The translations under genes and the position numbers were made by a program. Source: Gemmatimonadales bacterium (GTDB lineage: Bacteria > Gemmatimonadota > Gemmatimonadetes > Gemmatimonadales > GWC2-71-9). Taken from it: 64,000 bases of DNA. Each line of letters starts with the position of its first letter. Position 1 is the first letter of the stretch. The notes beneath the pieces are model-generated. The model was given only the letters and a program-made list of their open reading frames with translations. It was not told the DNA's origin and made no database searches. Shown here in pieces: positions 1 to 9,119 of the stretch. The stretch spans positions 1-64,000 of the forward strand of contig JBFGJG010000007.1 of the NCBI GenBank assembly GCA_041577295.1, read 5' to 3'.

Positions 1-953
1 ACGTATTCCCGAGTCATATGTTTGCGCCACGCGAGACCAAAGTCCGTGTTGTCCATGGGCTTGGACGGCTTGTACGCAGCGTCAGCGGCGGTGGCAATGG
101 CGTCATCTTCCAAGCGCGAGCCTAGGATCGCTTGAGCCGCTTCCGGTACCTCCAAGGGGTAGCTAGCAACCGCGCCAAGCACGATGCGGGCATCCGCGAC
201 CTGCGCTCCGTCCCACTCGATCCACACGGCGACGCCCAACACGGGAAAATCGAATGCCTCGCGCCGACGAAGCTTCCAATACACCGCATCCCAGCCGTTG
301 GCCGGTGGTAACCGGACCTCGGTCAGAATCTCATCGGGCCGCTTGGTCAGGTACTCGATGCCGTCGTCGCGGAAGAAATCGCGAGCTGGGATGGATCGTT
401 CGGCGTCGATGTCTTGTAGGGTGAACTCGGCGCCCATGGCCACAGCGACCGGCGCCAAATCGCTCGAGCAGATTGCCCAACAGCGCGGGCTGGACGGTGC
501 CACCCAGCAGATCTCGCCGTCCTTCTTCATGCAGAAGTTGATCGACTTCCGCCACTCGTAGGACTGATTGTAGTAGTTGCACCGTGTGTCGAGACAGATA
601 TTTCCGCCCACGGTGCCCATGTTCTGAAGAATGGGCGTGCTGATCAGCTCGGCAGCCCGGGCGACAGCCGAGTGCTTCTTCCGGACGTGCCGGTGTTCCC
701 GCAGCTCGGTGAGCGTCACACATGCTCCAACGGAGACCACCGAACCTTTCGTCCCACCGCGAATGCGTCGCAAACCTGGAACGTTGGCGAGCGATACCAC
801 TACCTGAGGTTCCTGGTGGCGCCGTTTCATGTTGGGGTACAAATCGGTGCCACCTGCCACATACATCGCGGTGGGTCCGGCGTCACGCTTGATACGCAGC
901 GCTTGCCGCAGGGTTCGCGGCTGGTGATAGGTGAACGAGGGCAGCCGCAACAT
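1..953 (-). CDS. hcrB: 4-hydroxybenzoyl-CoA reductase beta-like FAD/[4Fe-4S] subunit (xanthine oxidase family medium subunit), 3' end runs off the window
   Basis: Not in the ORF track because it has no stop in the window. Manual translation from ATG 953 gives MLRLPSFTYHQPRT...AGGTDLYPNMKRR...GTVGGNICLDTRCNYYNQSYEWRKSINFCMKKDGEICWVAPSSPRCWA. The FAD motifs plus the Cys-rich insertion are typical of HcrB. Confidence 0.85.
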   Translation of the reverse strand, partial: MLRLPSFTYHQPRTLRQALRIKRDAGPTAMYVAGGTDLYPNMKRRHQEPQVVVSLANVPGLRRIRGGTKGSVVSVGACVTLTELREHRHVRKKHSAVARAAELISTPILQNMGTVGGNICLDTRCNYYNQSYEWRKSINFCMKKDGEICWVAPSSPRCWAICSSDLAPVAVAMGAEFTLQDIDAERSIPARDFFRDDGIEYLTKRPDEILTEVRLPPANGWDAVYWKLRRREAFDFPVLGVAVWIEWDGAQVADARIVLGAVASYPLEVPEAAQAILGSRLEDDAIATAADAAYKPSKPMDNTDFGLAWRKHMTREY

Positions 954-956
954 GGC

Positions 957-3422
957 TCAGTGCTGGCGCTCTTCAGGGAACGCCGTGCCCGCGGTCACCG
1001 GCTCGACGGCGCGCCCATCCCCGCCTTCCCATGGCGGCGGCACGTGGATCGTTTCCGGCCAGGGCACGGCCGGAAAGGCGGACGGTCCAAACCGCGGTGT
1101 CTGACCGGTGGTCTTGCGTTTGAGCGCCTTGACTACCTTATCCGGGGTGATCGGGATCTCGTCGATACGGACCCCCACGGCGTCGTACACGGCATTCGCA
1201 ATGGCGGGTGGCACGGGGAGCAATGGTCCCTGACCCACCTCTTTGGCGCCAAAGGGCCCTTTGGCATCCGGATCTTCGACGATGTATGTGACAACGTCAC
1301 ACATCTCGAGCGTCGTTGGGCTCTTGTACTCGAGCAAGCTCGGGATCTTGTGCACCACATTACGGTTGCCGCGATACGCCATCTCCTCCATGATCGCCTC
1401 ACCGAGACCCATATAGACACTGCCCTCGACCTGGCCGATCACATTGACGGGGTTGATGCAACGACCGGCGTCGTGGGCTATCCATATTCTCGGGACCCGC
1501 AAGATTCCGGTGTCCCCGTCGACCTCGACCTCCGCAACGGCGGCACTATACGAGTAGGCCGGGGACGGGCCCACCCCAGCACCGCGATACTTTCCCGCGC
1601 TGTTGGGTGGAGTGTAGGACCCGACCGTTCCGACCGTGCCTTCTGCGGCCTCCGCGAGCTGGACGGCCTCGGCAAAGGATATCCCTCGCTCGGGATCTTG
1701 GGCGTCGAACACGCGGCGGTCCGCGAACACGATGCGATCGTGTGACATCTCCAGCTTCTTGGCGGCCGCCTTTCCGATGATCTCCCGTGCGCGTTCCGCG
1801 GCCTGGAGCGCTGCATTGCCCGTCATCAGGGTGACCCGGCTCGAGTAGCTCCCGAGGTCAACGGGAGTGAGATCGGTATCGGCAGTGACCACGCGTATGT
1901 CGATCGGTTCGATCCCGAGAATCTCGGCCACGATGTATGCCAAAATCGAATCGGATCCCTGGCCAATTTCGGTCGAGCCGCAGAAAACCGTCACACCCCC
2001 GCCCCGGTCGCACTTCAGCTGCACGCCGGAGTGCGGCATGTTGTTCCAGTAGATGGCAACACCGGCTCCGCTGATGTAGCTCGAGCACGCGAGCCCGAGG
2101 CCTCTGCCGTCTGGCAGTTGACGGAAGCGCTCGTTCCAGCCCGATGCCTTTACGACCTTGCGAATGCACTCGCCCAATCCCATCGAACCGATGGACAGGT
2201 AGTTAGCGGTGAGTGCGTTTGGCGGCGCGAGATGGCGGAGGCGCAGCTCGGCCGGATCCTGCCCCAGAGCCTCAGCGATCTTGTCCATCTGGATCTCGAG
2301 GGCGAAGCGCGGCTGCGGTGTGCCGTGTCCTCGTTTCGGACCACAGGGGGCTTTGTTGGTGAACACTCGGGCACCCTGGAACTTGTAGCGCTCGACCTGA
2401 TACGTGACCGTTTGCAGCGCGCCTGTGTAGTACGTGCTCGCGACCCCGTAGGAACCGTACGCGCCCCCGTCGAGCAGCGTTCTGAAGTGCATGCCCTTGA
2501 TCCGCCCGTCGTTGGTGACACCCGTCTTGACCCACATCAAGGTGGGGTGCCGCCCGCGGTGGCAGTAAAAGACCTCTTCGCGCGTGAGGGTGATCTTCAC
2601 CGGCCGGCCCGTCAGCATTGCCAACTTGGCCACCACGATCTCGTGGCTAAACGGATCGCTCTTTCCTCCGAAGCCGCCGCCGTTGGGACAGGCGATCACT
2701 CGAATGTGCGCGGGTGCGAGCCCGAGCACTTTCGCCAGCGCACGATGCACGTAATGCGGCGTTTGTGTGCTGCTCCACACGGTGAGCTTGCGATCGGCCG
2801 ACCAGTCGGCGAGTGCAGCATGCTGCTCCATGGGGAGGTGGGTGTTGCCTTCGTAAAAGAACAGGTCCTCACGCACGTACTCAGACTGGGAAAACCCAGC
2901 GTCCACATCGCCGAACTCGACGTCGATCAGCTTGTGGAAGTTGCCAACCGGCCCGTAGTCGTGAATTCTGGGCTCGGGGCTTGCCACCGCATCTTCGATT
3001 GACGCGATGGTTGCGAGTTGCTCGTACTCGACTTCGATGGCGTTGGCCGCATCGGTGGCGATCTCTTCAGTGGACGCTGCGACCGCCGCAATGGGATCGC
3101 CGATGAATCGCACCTTGTCGATGGCCAACGCATGCTCGTCCTGACTGACCGGGAGGATCCCAAACGGGGTCGGCAACGCTGCCCCGGTCAGCACGGCCCG
3201 CACCCCATTCATCCGCTCTGCGGCTGACGTATCGACGCGAACCACGCGGGCGTGCGGCTCCGTGCTCCGGAGGATCTTGGCGTAGAGCATCCGGGGAAGG
3301 GCCAGGTCATCCGCAAACTTCGTCTCACCTGTCACCTTCGGCGCTGCATCGATCTTCCAGCGGGGTGTGCCGATCACCCGAAACGGTGGTGTGTGTCGCG
3401 AAGGCGATCTACCGTCGTCCAT
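957..3422 (-). CDS. hcrA: Molybdopterin-binding large subunit, 4-hydroxybenzoyl-CoA reductase alpha-like
   Basis: Motifs KVTGETKFADD, STQTPH, GGGFGGK, KRGHG, EIGQG, SYSSR, GQVEG. Start placed at ATG 3422 (MDDGRSP), overlapping the end of the 2Fe-2S gene. Confidence 0.85.
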   Translation of the reverse strand: MDDGRSPSRHTPPFRVIGTPRWKIDAAPKVTGETKFADDLALPRMLYAKILRSTEPHARVVRVDTSAAERMNGVRAVLTGAALPTPFGILPVSQDEHALAIDKVRFIGDPIAAVAASTEEIATDAANAIEVEYEQLATIASIEDAVASPEPRIHDYGPVGNFHKLIDVEFGDVDAGFSQSEYVREDLFFYEGNTHLPMEQHAALADWSADRKLTVWSSTQTPHYVHRALAKVLGLAPAHIRVIACPNGGGFGGKSDPFSHEIVVAKLAMLTGRPVKITLTREEVFYCHRGRHPTLMWVKTGVTNDGRIKGMHFRTLLDGGAYGSYGVASTYYTGALQTVTYQVERYKFQGARVFTNKAPCGPKRGHGTPQPRFALEIQMDKIAEALGQDPAELRLRHLAPPNALTANYLSIGSMGLGECIRKVVKASGWNERFRQLPDGRGLGLACSSYISGAGVAIYWNNMPHSGVQLKCDRGGGVTVFCGSTEIGQGSDSILAYIVAEILGIEPIDIRVVTADTDLTPVDLGSYSSRVTLMTGNAALQAAERAREIIGKAAAKKLEMSHDRIVFADRRVFDAQDPERGISFAEAVQLAEAAEGTVGTVGSYTPPNSAGKYRGAGVGPSPAYSYSAAVAEVEVDGDTGILRVPRIWIAHDAGRCINPVNVIGQVEGSVYMGLGEAIMEEMAYRGNRNVVHKIPSLLEYKSPTTLEMCDVVTYIVEDPDAKGPFGAKEVGQGPLLPVPPAIANAVYDAVGVRIDEIPITPDKVVKALKRKTTGQTPRFGPSAFPAVPWPETIHVPPPWEGGDGRAVEPVTAGTAFPEERQH

Positions 3423-3948
3423 AGATCGCCTCTTCCGGCGGGGTGGTGGGATCGCCACGCATGCGCGATGCGGCGAGCTCGACCGCTTCATAGATTTTGA
3501 TGTAACCGGTGCAGCGGCAGAGGTTGCCAGAGAGCGCGAGCTTGATCTCATCGCGCGTCGGCGCTGAGTTGGCTTCGAGGAGTGCCTCCGCCGTTAGGAG
3601 AATGCCGGGGGTGCAGTAGCCGCACTGTGCGGCCCCAAGCTCGGCGAACGCTTCCTGCAACGGGTGCAAGTCCGGGCCGTGGCGCATTCCCTCGACCGTG
3701 CGGACATGTTTTCCCTCACACGCGAGACCCAACACGAGACATGACAGGACGGGGTGTCCCTCCAGCAGCACGGTGCAGGTACCACACTCGCCCAGCTCAC
3801 ACCCGTGCTTCGTTCCCGTCAGTCCGAGGTCTTCGCGCAAAATTTCCAAAAGCGTCTTGTGGGGGGCGAACGATGTCTCGACCGCCTCGTCGTTGACGAC
3901 GAGCCTGATATGGGCCTTAGCTGGAAGGGGTGGTTTTCTCTTGACCAA
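3409..3948 (-). CDS. hcrC: 2x[2Fe-2S] small subunit of xanthine oxidase family enzyme (HcrC-like)
   Basis: GTKHGCELGECGTCTV, QCGYCTPG and NLCRCTGY motifs. Confidence 0.9.
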   Translation of the reverse strand: MVKRKPPLPAKAHIRLVVNDEAVETSFAPHKTLLEILREDLGLTGTKHGCELGECGTCTVLLEGHPVLSCLVLGLACEGKHVRTVEGMRHGPDLHPLQEAFAELGAAQCGYCTPGILLTAEALLEANSAPTRDEIKLALSGNLCRCTGYIKIYEAVELAASRMRGDPTTPPEEAIYGRR

Positions 3949-4168
3949 AGAGGTACAGCTCCGTCTGTTCGATGAGGAATTCTTTCGCTGCCGGCTCCCA
4001 TGGGTGCAAGCCGTAGTGGTTGATGAGGGCGGTTTGATGCTTCAACCATTCATCCCAGCAGGACTGGCAGATCGACTCGTGGATTCGCGCGCCAAGTTCG
4101 CGTGGCAGCGGCGGCTTCGGCAGTTGAGCTCCCGTTTGTTTGCATCGGACACAGTTGACGTTGCTCAT
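3917..4168 (-). CDS. yggX: Fe(II)-trafficking / oxidative damage protection protein (YggX family)
   Basis: 83 aa. N-terminal Cys and PPLPRELGARIHESICQSCWDEWLKHQTALINHYGL match the YggX pattern. Confidence 0.85.
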   Translation of the reverse strand: MSNVNCVRCKQTGAQLPKPPLPRELGARIHESICQSCWDEWLKHQTALINHYGLHPWEPAAKEFLIEQTELYLFGQEKTTPSS

Positions 4169-4222
4169 AACGAGTTAATTTAACCGTGTCCCAGGGGAGA
4201 CGCGAACGGCGACGGTGAGTGT

Positions 4223-4432
4223 GTGCAGCTCAGCGACATAGTACCGGCGGGACTTTGTGCGTCCTGCAAGCACAGCCGCACGGTTCGGAGCCGGCGCGGG
4301 TCGATGTTCTGGTACTGTAAGCGCTCGGAATACGACGCACGTTTTCCCAAGTATCCCCGCCTGCCGGTCGAGCGTTGTAGGGGGTTCGAACCAATATCGC
4401 CTTCAGCACCCAGCGAGGAACACAAGCCATGA
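4223..4432 (+). CDS. Small Cys-rich hypothetical protein, possible metal-binding
   Basis: CxxC...C...C in 69 aa. Stop overlaps the dipeptidase start (ATGA). Confidence 0.65.
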   Translation: MQLSDIVPAGLCASCKHSRTVRSRRGSMFWYCKRSEYDARFPKYPRLPVERCRGFEPISPSAPSEEHKP

Positions 4433-5736
4433 CATCCCGCCTGTTGCAAGCGTGCCTCATCGTCGGCTGGCTCCTTGGGACTCTCGCGCCGAGCCTCGAA
4501 GCCCAGATTGACGCGGCGTATCTGGAGCGCGCGCGGCAGCTCATGCGCGAAGTTCCCTTGATCGATGGACACAATGATCTCCCGTGGGAGCTGCGCATCA
4601 ACTACGCGTTGCGCTTTGATTCATTGGACATCGCAAAGCCGCAGCCACAGATCATGACCGATATTGAGCGCCTGCAGTCCGGACTCGTGGGCGGTCAGTT
4701 TTGGTCGGTGTACGCGCCGGCAGCGTTCGCGAGATCGAACGCGGCGCGTGTCGGCATGGAGCAGGTGGATGTTGTTTATCGAATGGTGGAGCGCTATCCG
4801 CAAGCTTTCGCTATTGCGGTGACGGCCGACGATATCGTGAGAATCCACCGCAGCGGAAAGGTTGCGTCGCTGCTTGGCCTCGAGGGTGGTCACATGATCG
4901 AGAATTCGCTCGCCGTGCTGCGGAGCTTCCACCGCCTCGGCGTGCGGTACATGACCCTGACCCATTCACGCAACACGGACTGGGCTGATGCATCGACTGA
5001 TTCAGCAAAGTATGGGGGACTCACCGACTTCGGCGAAGAAGTCGTCCGCGAGATGAATCGGCTTGGTATGCTGGTGGACATCTCGCATGTCTCCGATTCC
5101 ACCATGTGGGATGTCCTTCGCGTCACCGAGGCGCCGGTGATCTTCTCGCACTCGTCTCCTCGGCTGTTCACGCCCCACGTGCGCAATGTACCTGACGACG
5201 TCACCCGAGCGCTGCGGCAAAACGGTGGCGTCATGATGGTCAACTACGTGGCCTCGTTCATCCACGAGCCCGCGCGACAATGGTACCCGGAACGTGCAGC
5301 CTATCGAGCGCAGGTGCTCGCGATGACGGGTGATAGCGCGGCCGCGGAGGATTCGGTTCGCGCCTGGGCCGCGCGCAATCCGATGCCACGGCCGGACCTC
5401 AAAGTCGTTGCCGATCTGATCGAGCACGTGCGCGACGTCGCGGGCGTAGACTACGTCGGCATTGGATCAGATTTGGACGGTATCGATGTCCCGCCCATTG
5501 GCCTCGAAGACGTCGCGACATTTCCCGCGCTCATCGCCGAGCTGTTGCGAAGGGGCTGGAGCAACGAGGATGCGAAGAAGGTCATGGGCCTCAACGTGTT
5601 GCGCGTCATGCGCGAGGTGGAGCGAGTTGCCGCGCGACTTCAGCGTGAGCGCACCCCGAGCACGGCGCAGATCGAGATCGTCGACCGGTGGGACGTAGGT
5701 CCTTCGTGGGAGCGGCCGACGGCAAAGCACGAGTGA
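4429..5736 (+). CDS. Membrane/renal-type dipeptidase (peptidase M19), secreted
   Basis: Signal peptide; IDGHNDLPW, GLEGGH, DISHVS, SHSS and GSDLDG motifs. Confidence 0.92.
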   Translation: MTSRLLQACLIVGWLLGTLAPSLEAQIDAAYLERARQLMREVPLIDGHNDLPWELRINYALRFDSLDIAKPQPQIMTDIERLQSGLVGGQFWSVYAPAAFARSNAARVGMEQVDVVYRMVERYPQAFAIAVTADDIVRIHRSGKVASLLGLEGGHMIENSLAVLRSFHRLGVRYMTLTHSRNTDWADASTDSAKYGGLTDFGEEVVREMNRLGMLVDISHVSDSTMWDVLRVTEAPVIFSHSSPRLFTPHVRNVPDDVTRALRQNGGVMMVNYVASFIHEPARQWYPERAAYRAQVLAMTGDSAAAEDSVRAWAARNPMPRPDLKVVADLIEHVRDVAGVDYVGIGSDLDGIDVPPIGLEDVATFPALIAELLRRGWSNEDAKKVMGLNVLRVMREVERVAARLQRERTPSTAQIEIVDRWDVGPSWERPTAKHE

Positions 5737-6170
5737 GACCGGCGCTGTGGATTGGGCTGCTCGTCGTGATGATGGGCTGCAACCGTCCAAATCTCGAGGG
5801 CATGAGAGCGCAGGATCTCACGGGAGCGCTTGCCGCTTTGGAGAGTAACCTGGCCGCAATTCATCATCGCGATGCGGACGCGTACTTGAGTCACTACCTC
5901 GAATCGCCGGAGTTGGTCATTGCCCAGGCCGACGGTATTCGCCGCGGCTTCTTGCTGTTCGCCGAGGCGCGGAGGGCTGACAACCGCTGGCCGGATACCC
6001 TCATTACCGCCGCGCCGACGGTGGTGTGGGTCGCGCCTGGTGTCGTGTGGGCAGGGTTCTCCTACACGGTCGTCGAGAGCGGAGATACGGCGCGTGGTGT
6101 TTCCGAGCGTTTGTTTGTCAAAACGGAGCAAGGCTGGAAGATCACGGTGACGGGTTCGATGGAGCAATAG
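5733..6170 (+). CDS. NTF2/SnoaL-like (DUF4440-type) lipoprotein
   Basis: GTG start overlaps the upstream stop; hydrophobic leader ending MMGC; C-terminal GWKI strand typical of the NTF2 fold. Confidence 0.65.
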   Translation: MRPALWIGLLVVMMGCNRPNLEGMRAQDLTGALAALESNLAAIHHRDADAYLSHYLESPELVIAQADGIRRGFLLFAEARRADNRWPDTLITAAPTVVWVAPGVVWAGFSYTVVESGDTARGVSERLFVKTEQGWKITVTGSMEQ

Positions 6171-6183
6171 CGGAGGAGCGTCG

Positions 6184-6438
6184 ATGCAGGTCCAGATGAC
6201 GAGCGAGATGCTCGAGGCACTCAGAAACACACCCGAAATTCCGGACAATCTGCGACGGAGAGTCGATGGCGCGCGGCAAGAGGGGAGTGTGTTCGCGGTG
6301 ACGCTGAGCGACGACGAGGCGATGGCGATGGTGGAGATGTGTCAGTGGTACATCCAGCGTGATGAGTCCGGTGAGCTCACTCAGAAAGCGGCACTGTTCG
6401 ATGCCATCGTCACCGCCATCGATGAGGCGCAGGCGTGA
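6184..6438 (+). CDS. Hypothetical protein (84 aa)
   Basis: GGAGGAG RBS before ATG; protein-like composition; in operon context. Confidence 0.7.
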   Translation: MQVQMTSEMLEALRNTPEIPDNLRRRVDGARQEGSVFAVTLSDDEAMAMVEMCQWYIQRDESGELTQKAALFDAIVTAIDEAQA

Positions 6439-6547
6439 AAGGCAGAGATGAGTGCGTAGCGATGGGAGATGATGGCTTTGGTTTTCCTCGCGTGTACCTC
6501 GGTGTAAAATCAGAAGACTGGGAGGGTCATAGCGCGGAGGATTTCTC

Positions 6548-7075
6548 ATGAAGGTGCAGCGCCAACTTAGCCAACTGGTGCCGATGGTTCTCGACCCCAT
6601 CAACGGTCTCAATGGGACTGACTGGCATCTGGCGCCGAGGGGCAAGTGGACGATTTGCCAGATCCTACACCACCTTGCGATGGGGGTCGACCTCGTCGCA
6701 GGAGCGTTTGAACGACGCAGCGAGAAGCCGCCGATGGAGCGTCGGGCGTCTCCCCATCAAACGATTCTCCGCCACCTGTTACTGGGTGCAGGAAAGATCC
6801 CCTCCGGGATTGAGTCTCCCGAGCCAGTTCGTCCCACCGAGCAGCCGGATCCCGAGATGGTCACTGCTCAGTTTCGCATGGGTGTCGAGCGGATGGGCGG
6901 ATTGGTTGAGACGTGGCCTGAACAGCGGCAACTAGAGATCTACGTCCGCCACCCCATCGTGGGCGATCTCAATCTGCCGGAGTGGGTGCGGTTTCATTAC
7001 GTGCACTGTCGTCATCATGCCCGGCAAATCGAAGACCGGGTGAAGTGGTTGGGGCAGGGCACCGCCGCACACTGA
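6548..7075 (+). CDS. DinB/YfiT-like protein
   Basis: GKWTICQILHHL and HCRHHARQI His motifs; GGAGG RBS. Confidence 0.85.
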   Translation: MKVQRQLSQLVPMVLDPINGLNGTDWHLAPRGKWTICQILHHLAMGVDLVAGAFERRSEKPPMERRASPHQTILRHLLLGAGKIPSGIESPEPVRPTEQPDPEMVTAQFRMGVERMGGLVETWPEQRQLEIYVRHPIVGDLNLPEWVRFHYVHCRHHARQIEDRVKWLGQGTAAH

Positions 7076-7092
7076 GCGGTTGTCACCCCGGA

Positions 7093-8112
7093 TCACGATC
7101 TTCCTGGAGAGCCACTACCTCCACTGAGCTGAGCCCAGGCCATACCGTTCCAAACCCAGAGGTCGTTGACCTTCACGCGCTCGCTGACGGCCATCCCCTG
7201 GCCGACGATGCCTCCAAAGATCACAAAGCCCATCGACGGGACAAATACGCCCTCATGCTCAGCGCGCTCAGCTGGACCCTCGGTCCCCACTTGCCGCCAC
7301 GAGCCACCATCCCACTCCCAGGTATCGCCAACACGACCCGACTCACCGAACCCACCGAAGGCCACGAGACGGTTCCTCCGGCTGTCATAATCGAGCGCCA
7401 AGTGGAGTCGTGGCGGGGCTCCGCCGCCGTCAACTGGTTGCCAGGCTGTGCCGTCCCACCTCCACAGATCGCTCAGGGTGGAGGTGCCATCGTACCCACC
7501 GTACAGCACGACACGCTCCATGCGGGCATCGTACGCCATGGCATGCGCGCCGCGGGCGGCAGGTCCCCCGTCGCTGGCGAGATGCCATCGCTCCCCGTCC
7601 CATTCCCACGTATCGCCCAGTCGCTCACGTTCCGGACCGCTACCGCCGGTCAGCACCGCGCGTCCACGTCCGGGGTCGAACGCCATGGCCCCCAACGAAC
7701 GCGCACGTGGTCCATCGATTGCCACCTGCTTCCAAGCGGTTCCGTCGTACTCCCAGGTGTCGCCCACGCGTCCGTCCGGCGTGATCCCGCCAAACAGCAC
7801 GATGATTCCGCGCCGCGAGTCGAAGGTGATCTGCGCATCGCTTCTCGGGGATGGCCCGGTGATGTCCCGCGCAAGCCAGCGCATGCCGTCCCACTCCCAG
7901 GTATCACCCAACCTGACGTTGGCACTGTCGGATCCTCCGAACAGAACGATCGTTTCTCGGCGCCCGTCAAAAGTCAGTGCGAATCCACTGCGCGGCGATG
8001 GCACCACTCCAGTCGTGTCAGCATCCTGATGAGCCCGAGCCGTCTCCCCGTCTCCATTGCACGCAAACACGAGGCATACCACCGAGGACAGTGACGGAAG
8101 GCAACGTGACAT
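7093..8112 (-). CDS. Kelch-repeat beta-propeller lipoprotein
   Basis: About six repeats of the form PxxR...(F/Y)D..R...VL(F/Y)GG....GDTWEWDG..W; lipobox-like LVFAC. Confidence 0.85.
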   Translation of the reverse strand: MSRCLPSLSSVVCLVFACNGDGETARAHQDADTTGVVPSPRSGFALTFDGRRETIVLFGGSDSANVRLGDTWEWDGMRWLARDITGPSPRSDAQITFDSRRGIIVLFGGITPDGRVGDTWEYDGTAWKQVAIDGPRARSLGAMAFDPGRGRAVLTGGSGPERERLGDTWEWDGERWHLASDGGPAARGAHAMAYDARMERVVLYGGYDGTSTLSDLWRWDGTAWQPVDGGGAPPRLHLALDYDSRRNRLVAFGGFGESGRVGDTWEWDGGSWRQVGTEGPAERAEHEGVFVPSMGFVIFGGIVGQGMAVSERVKVNDLWVWNGMAWAQLSGGSGSPGRS

Positions 8113-8207
8113 CTCAACACCTAGATGGAGTTGATTGAGAATCTACGGATGTTCGGAGACCAAACGTTGGCGGCATGTCTGCATGATGTTAGAAAACGGT
8201 GGAGCAA

Positions 8208-9119
8208 TCAGCGCTCGTCGAGCACCAAGCCCTCGTAGAAGTTACGGATGACGAATTCCTCGGGTAGGAGCCGAAGCCAGTGTCTCCACTGCGACGGAAC
8301 ACCCTCCTCGACTATCTGCCCCAATGGAGTCTGCGCGGCTCGTCTGGCTCGTACATGGGCGACCATGTCACCGAGCATGTCCCGGTAGGATTGCAAGTCG
8401 TCGTAGGTGGCCAGGTGCCCATGTCCGGGAATAATCGTCACATCCCTTGGGATCCACGCGAGGAGCTCGTCGATGCTGCTGAGCAGTGCCAGCAGGCGTC
8501 CTCCGGATGTGTAGTCTGTGACCGGAATGAGCGTTACAAACACATCCCCGAGCTGAACCACGTTTGATTTTGTAAAGAATACGGCAATGTCACTGTCCGT
8601 GTGCGCCCGGGGGAGGTGAAGCAGACGTATCTCTTCACCGTTGAAGTACAGTCTGAGCGTATCCGTGAACGTGATCTGCGGTAGGGCAACGGGCGGCTTT
8701 GGAGGAACTGTTTGCCCGTACATCAAGCTGGTGTCGCTCAATCTCTCGCGGACGTTCTGATGCGCGATGATCACCGCCTCGTGGCCGAACGCCTCGTTTG
8801 CCCCCGCGTGGTGCCAATGGGTGTTTACGATGTAGCGCGGTGAAGCTGCTCCCAGCTCTTTCAGCGTGGTCCGGAGCGCGTTGACGGTCTCGGGGAAGCC
8901 ATTATCCACCAGCAGGAGACCGTCAGGTCCGATCGATACGCCGATGATGTCGCCCGCGCCCTCGATCATGTACACCATACCGCCCGCATGCCGGACCGAG
9001 AGGCTGTCAGCAAATTGTGCTGGGGAGGGTGCTGGGCTCGCGAGGGCCAGCAGCGACCCGATGGTAATGGGTGGAGCGCTCACGATGCGGTACACGCGCC
9101 TGATGAGTGAGTGAATCAT
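8208..9119 (-). CDS. Secreted metallo-beta-lactamase-fold hydrolase with atypical metal motif
   Basis: LLVDNG, THWHH, AHTDSD, LGDVF and IPGHG motifs; signal peptide. Confidence 0.85.
   Translation of the reverse strand: MIHSLIRRVYRIVSAPPITIGSLLALASPAPSPAQFADSLSVRHAGGMVYMIEGAGDIIGVSIGPDGLLLVDNGFPETVNALRTTLKELGAASPRYIVNTHWHHAGANEAFGHEAVIIAHQNVRERLSDTSLMYGQTVPPKPPVALPQITFTDTLRLYFNGEEIRLLHLPRAHTDSDIAVFFTKSNVVQLGDVFVTLIPVTDYTSGGRLLALLSSIDELLAWIPRDVTIIPGHGHLATYDDLQSYRDMLGDMVAHVRARRAAQTPLGQIVEEGVPSQWRHWLRLLPEEFVIRNFYEGLVLDER

Noticed and set aside
7150..8000. Recurring DNA motifs such as TCCCACTCCCAGGTATC as a possible CRISPR or repeat array
   Set aside because: Explained by Kelch protein repeats (GDTWEWDG); degenerate at third codon positions and in frame.
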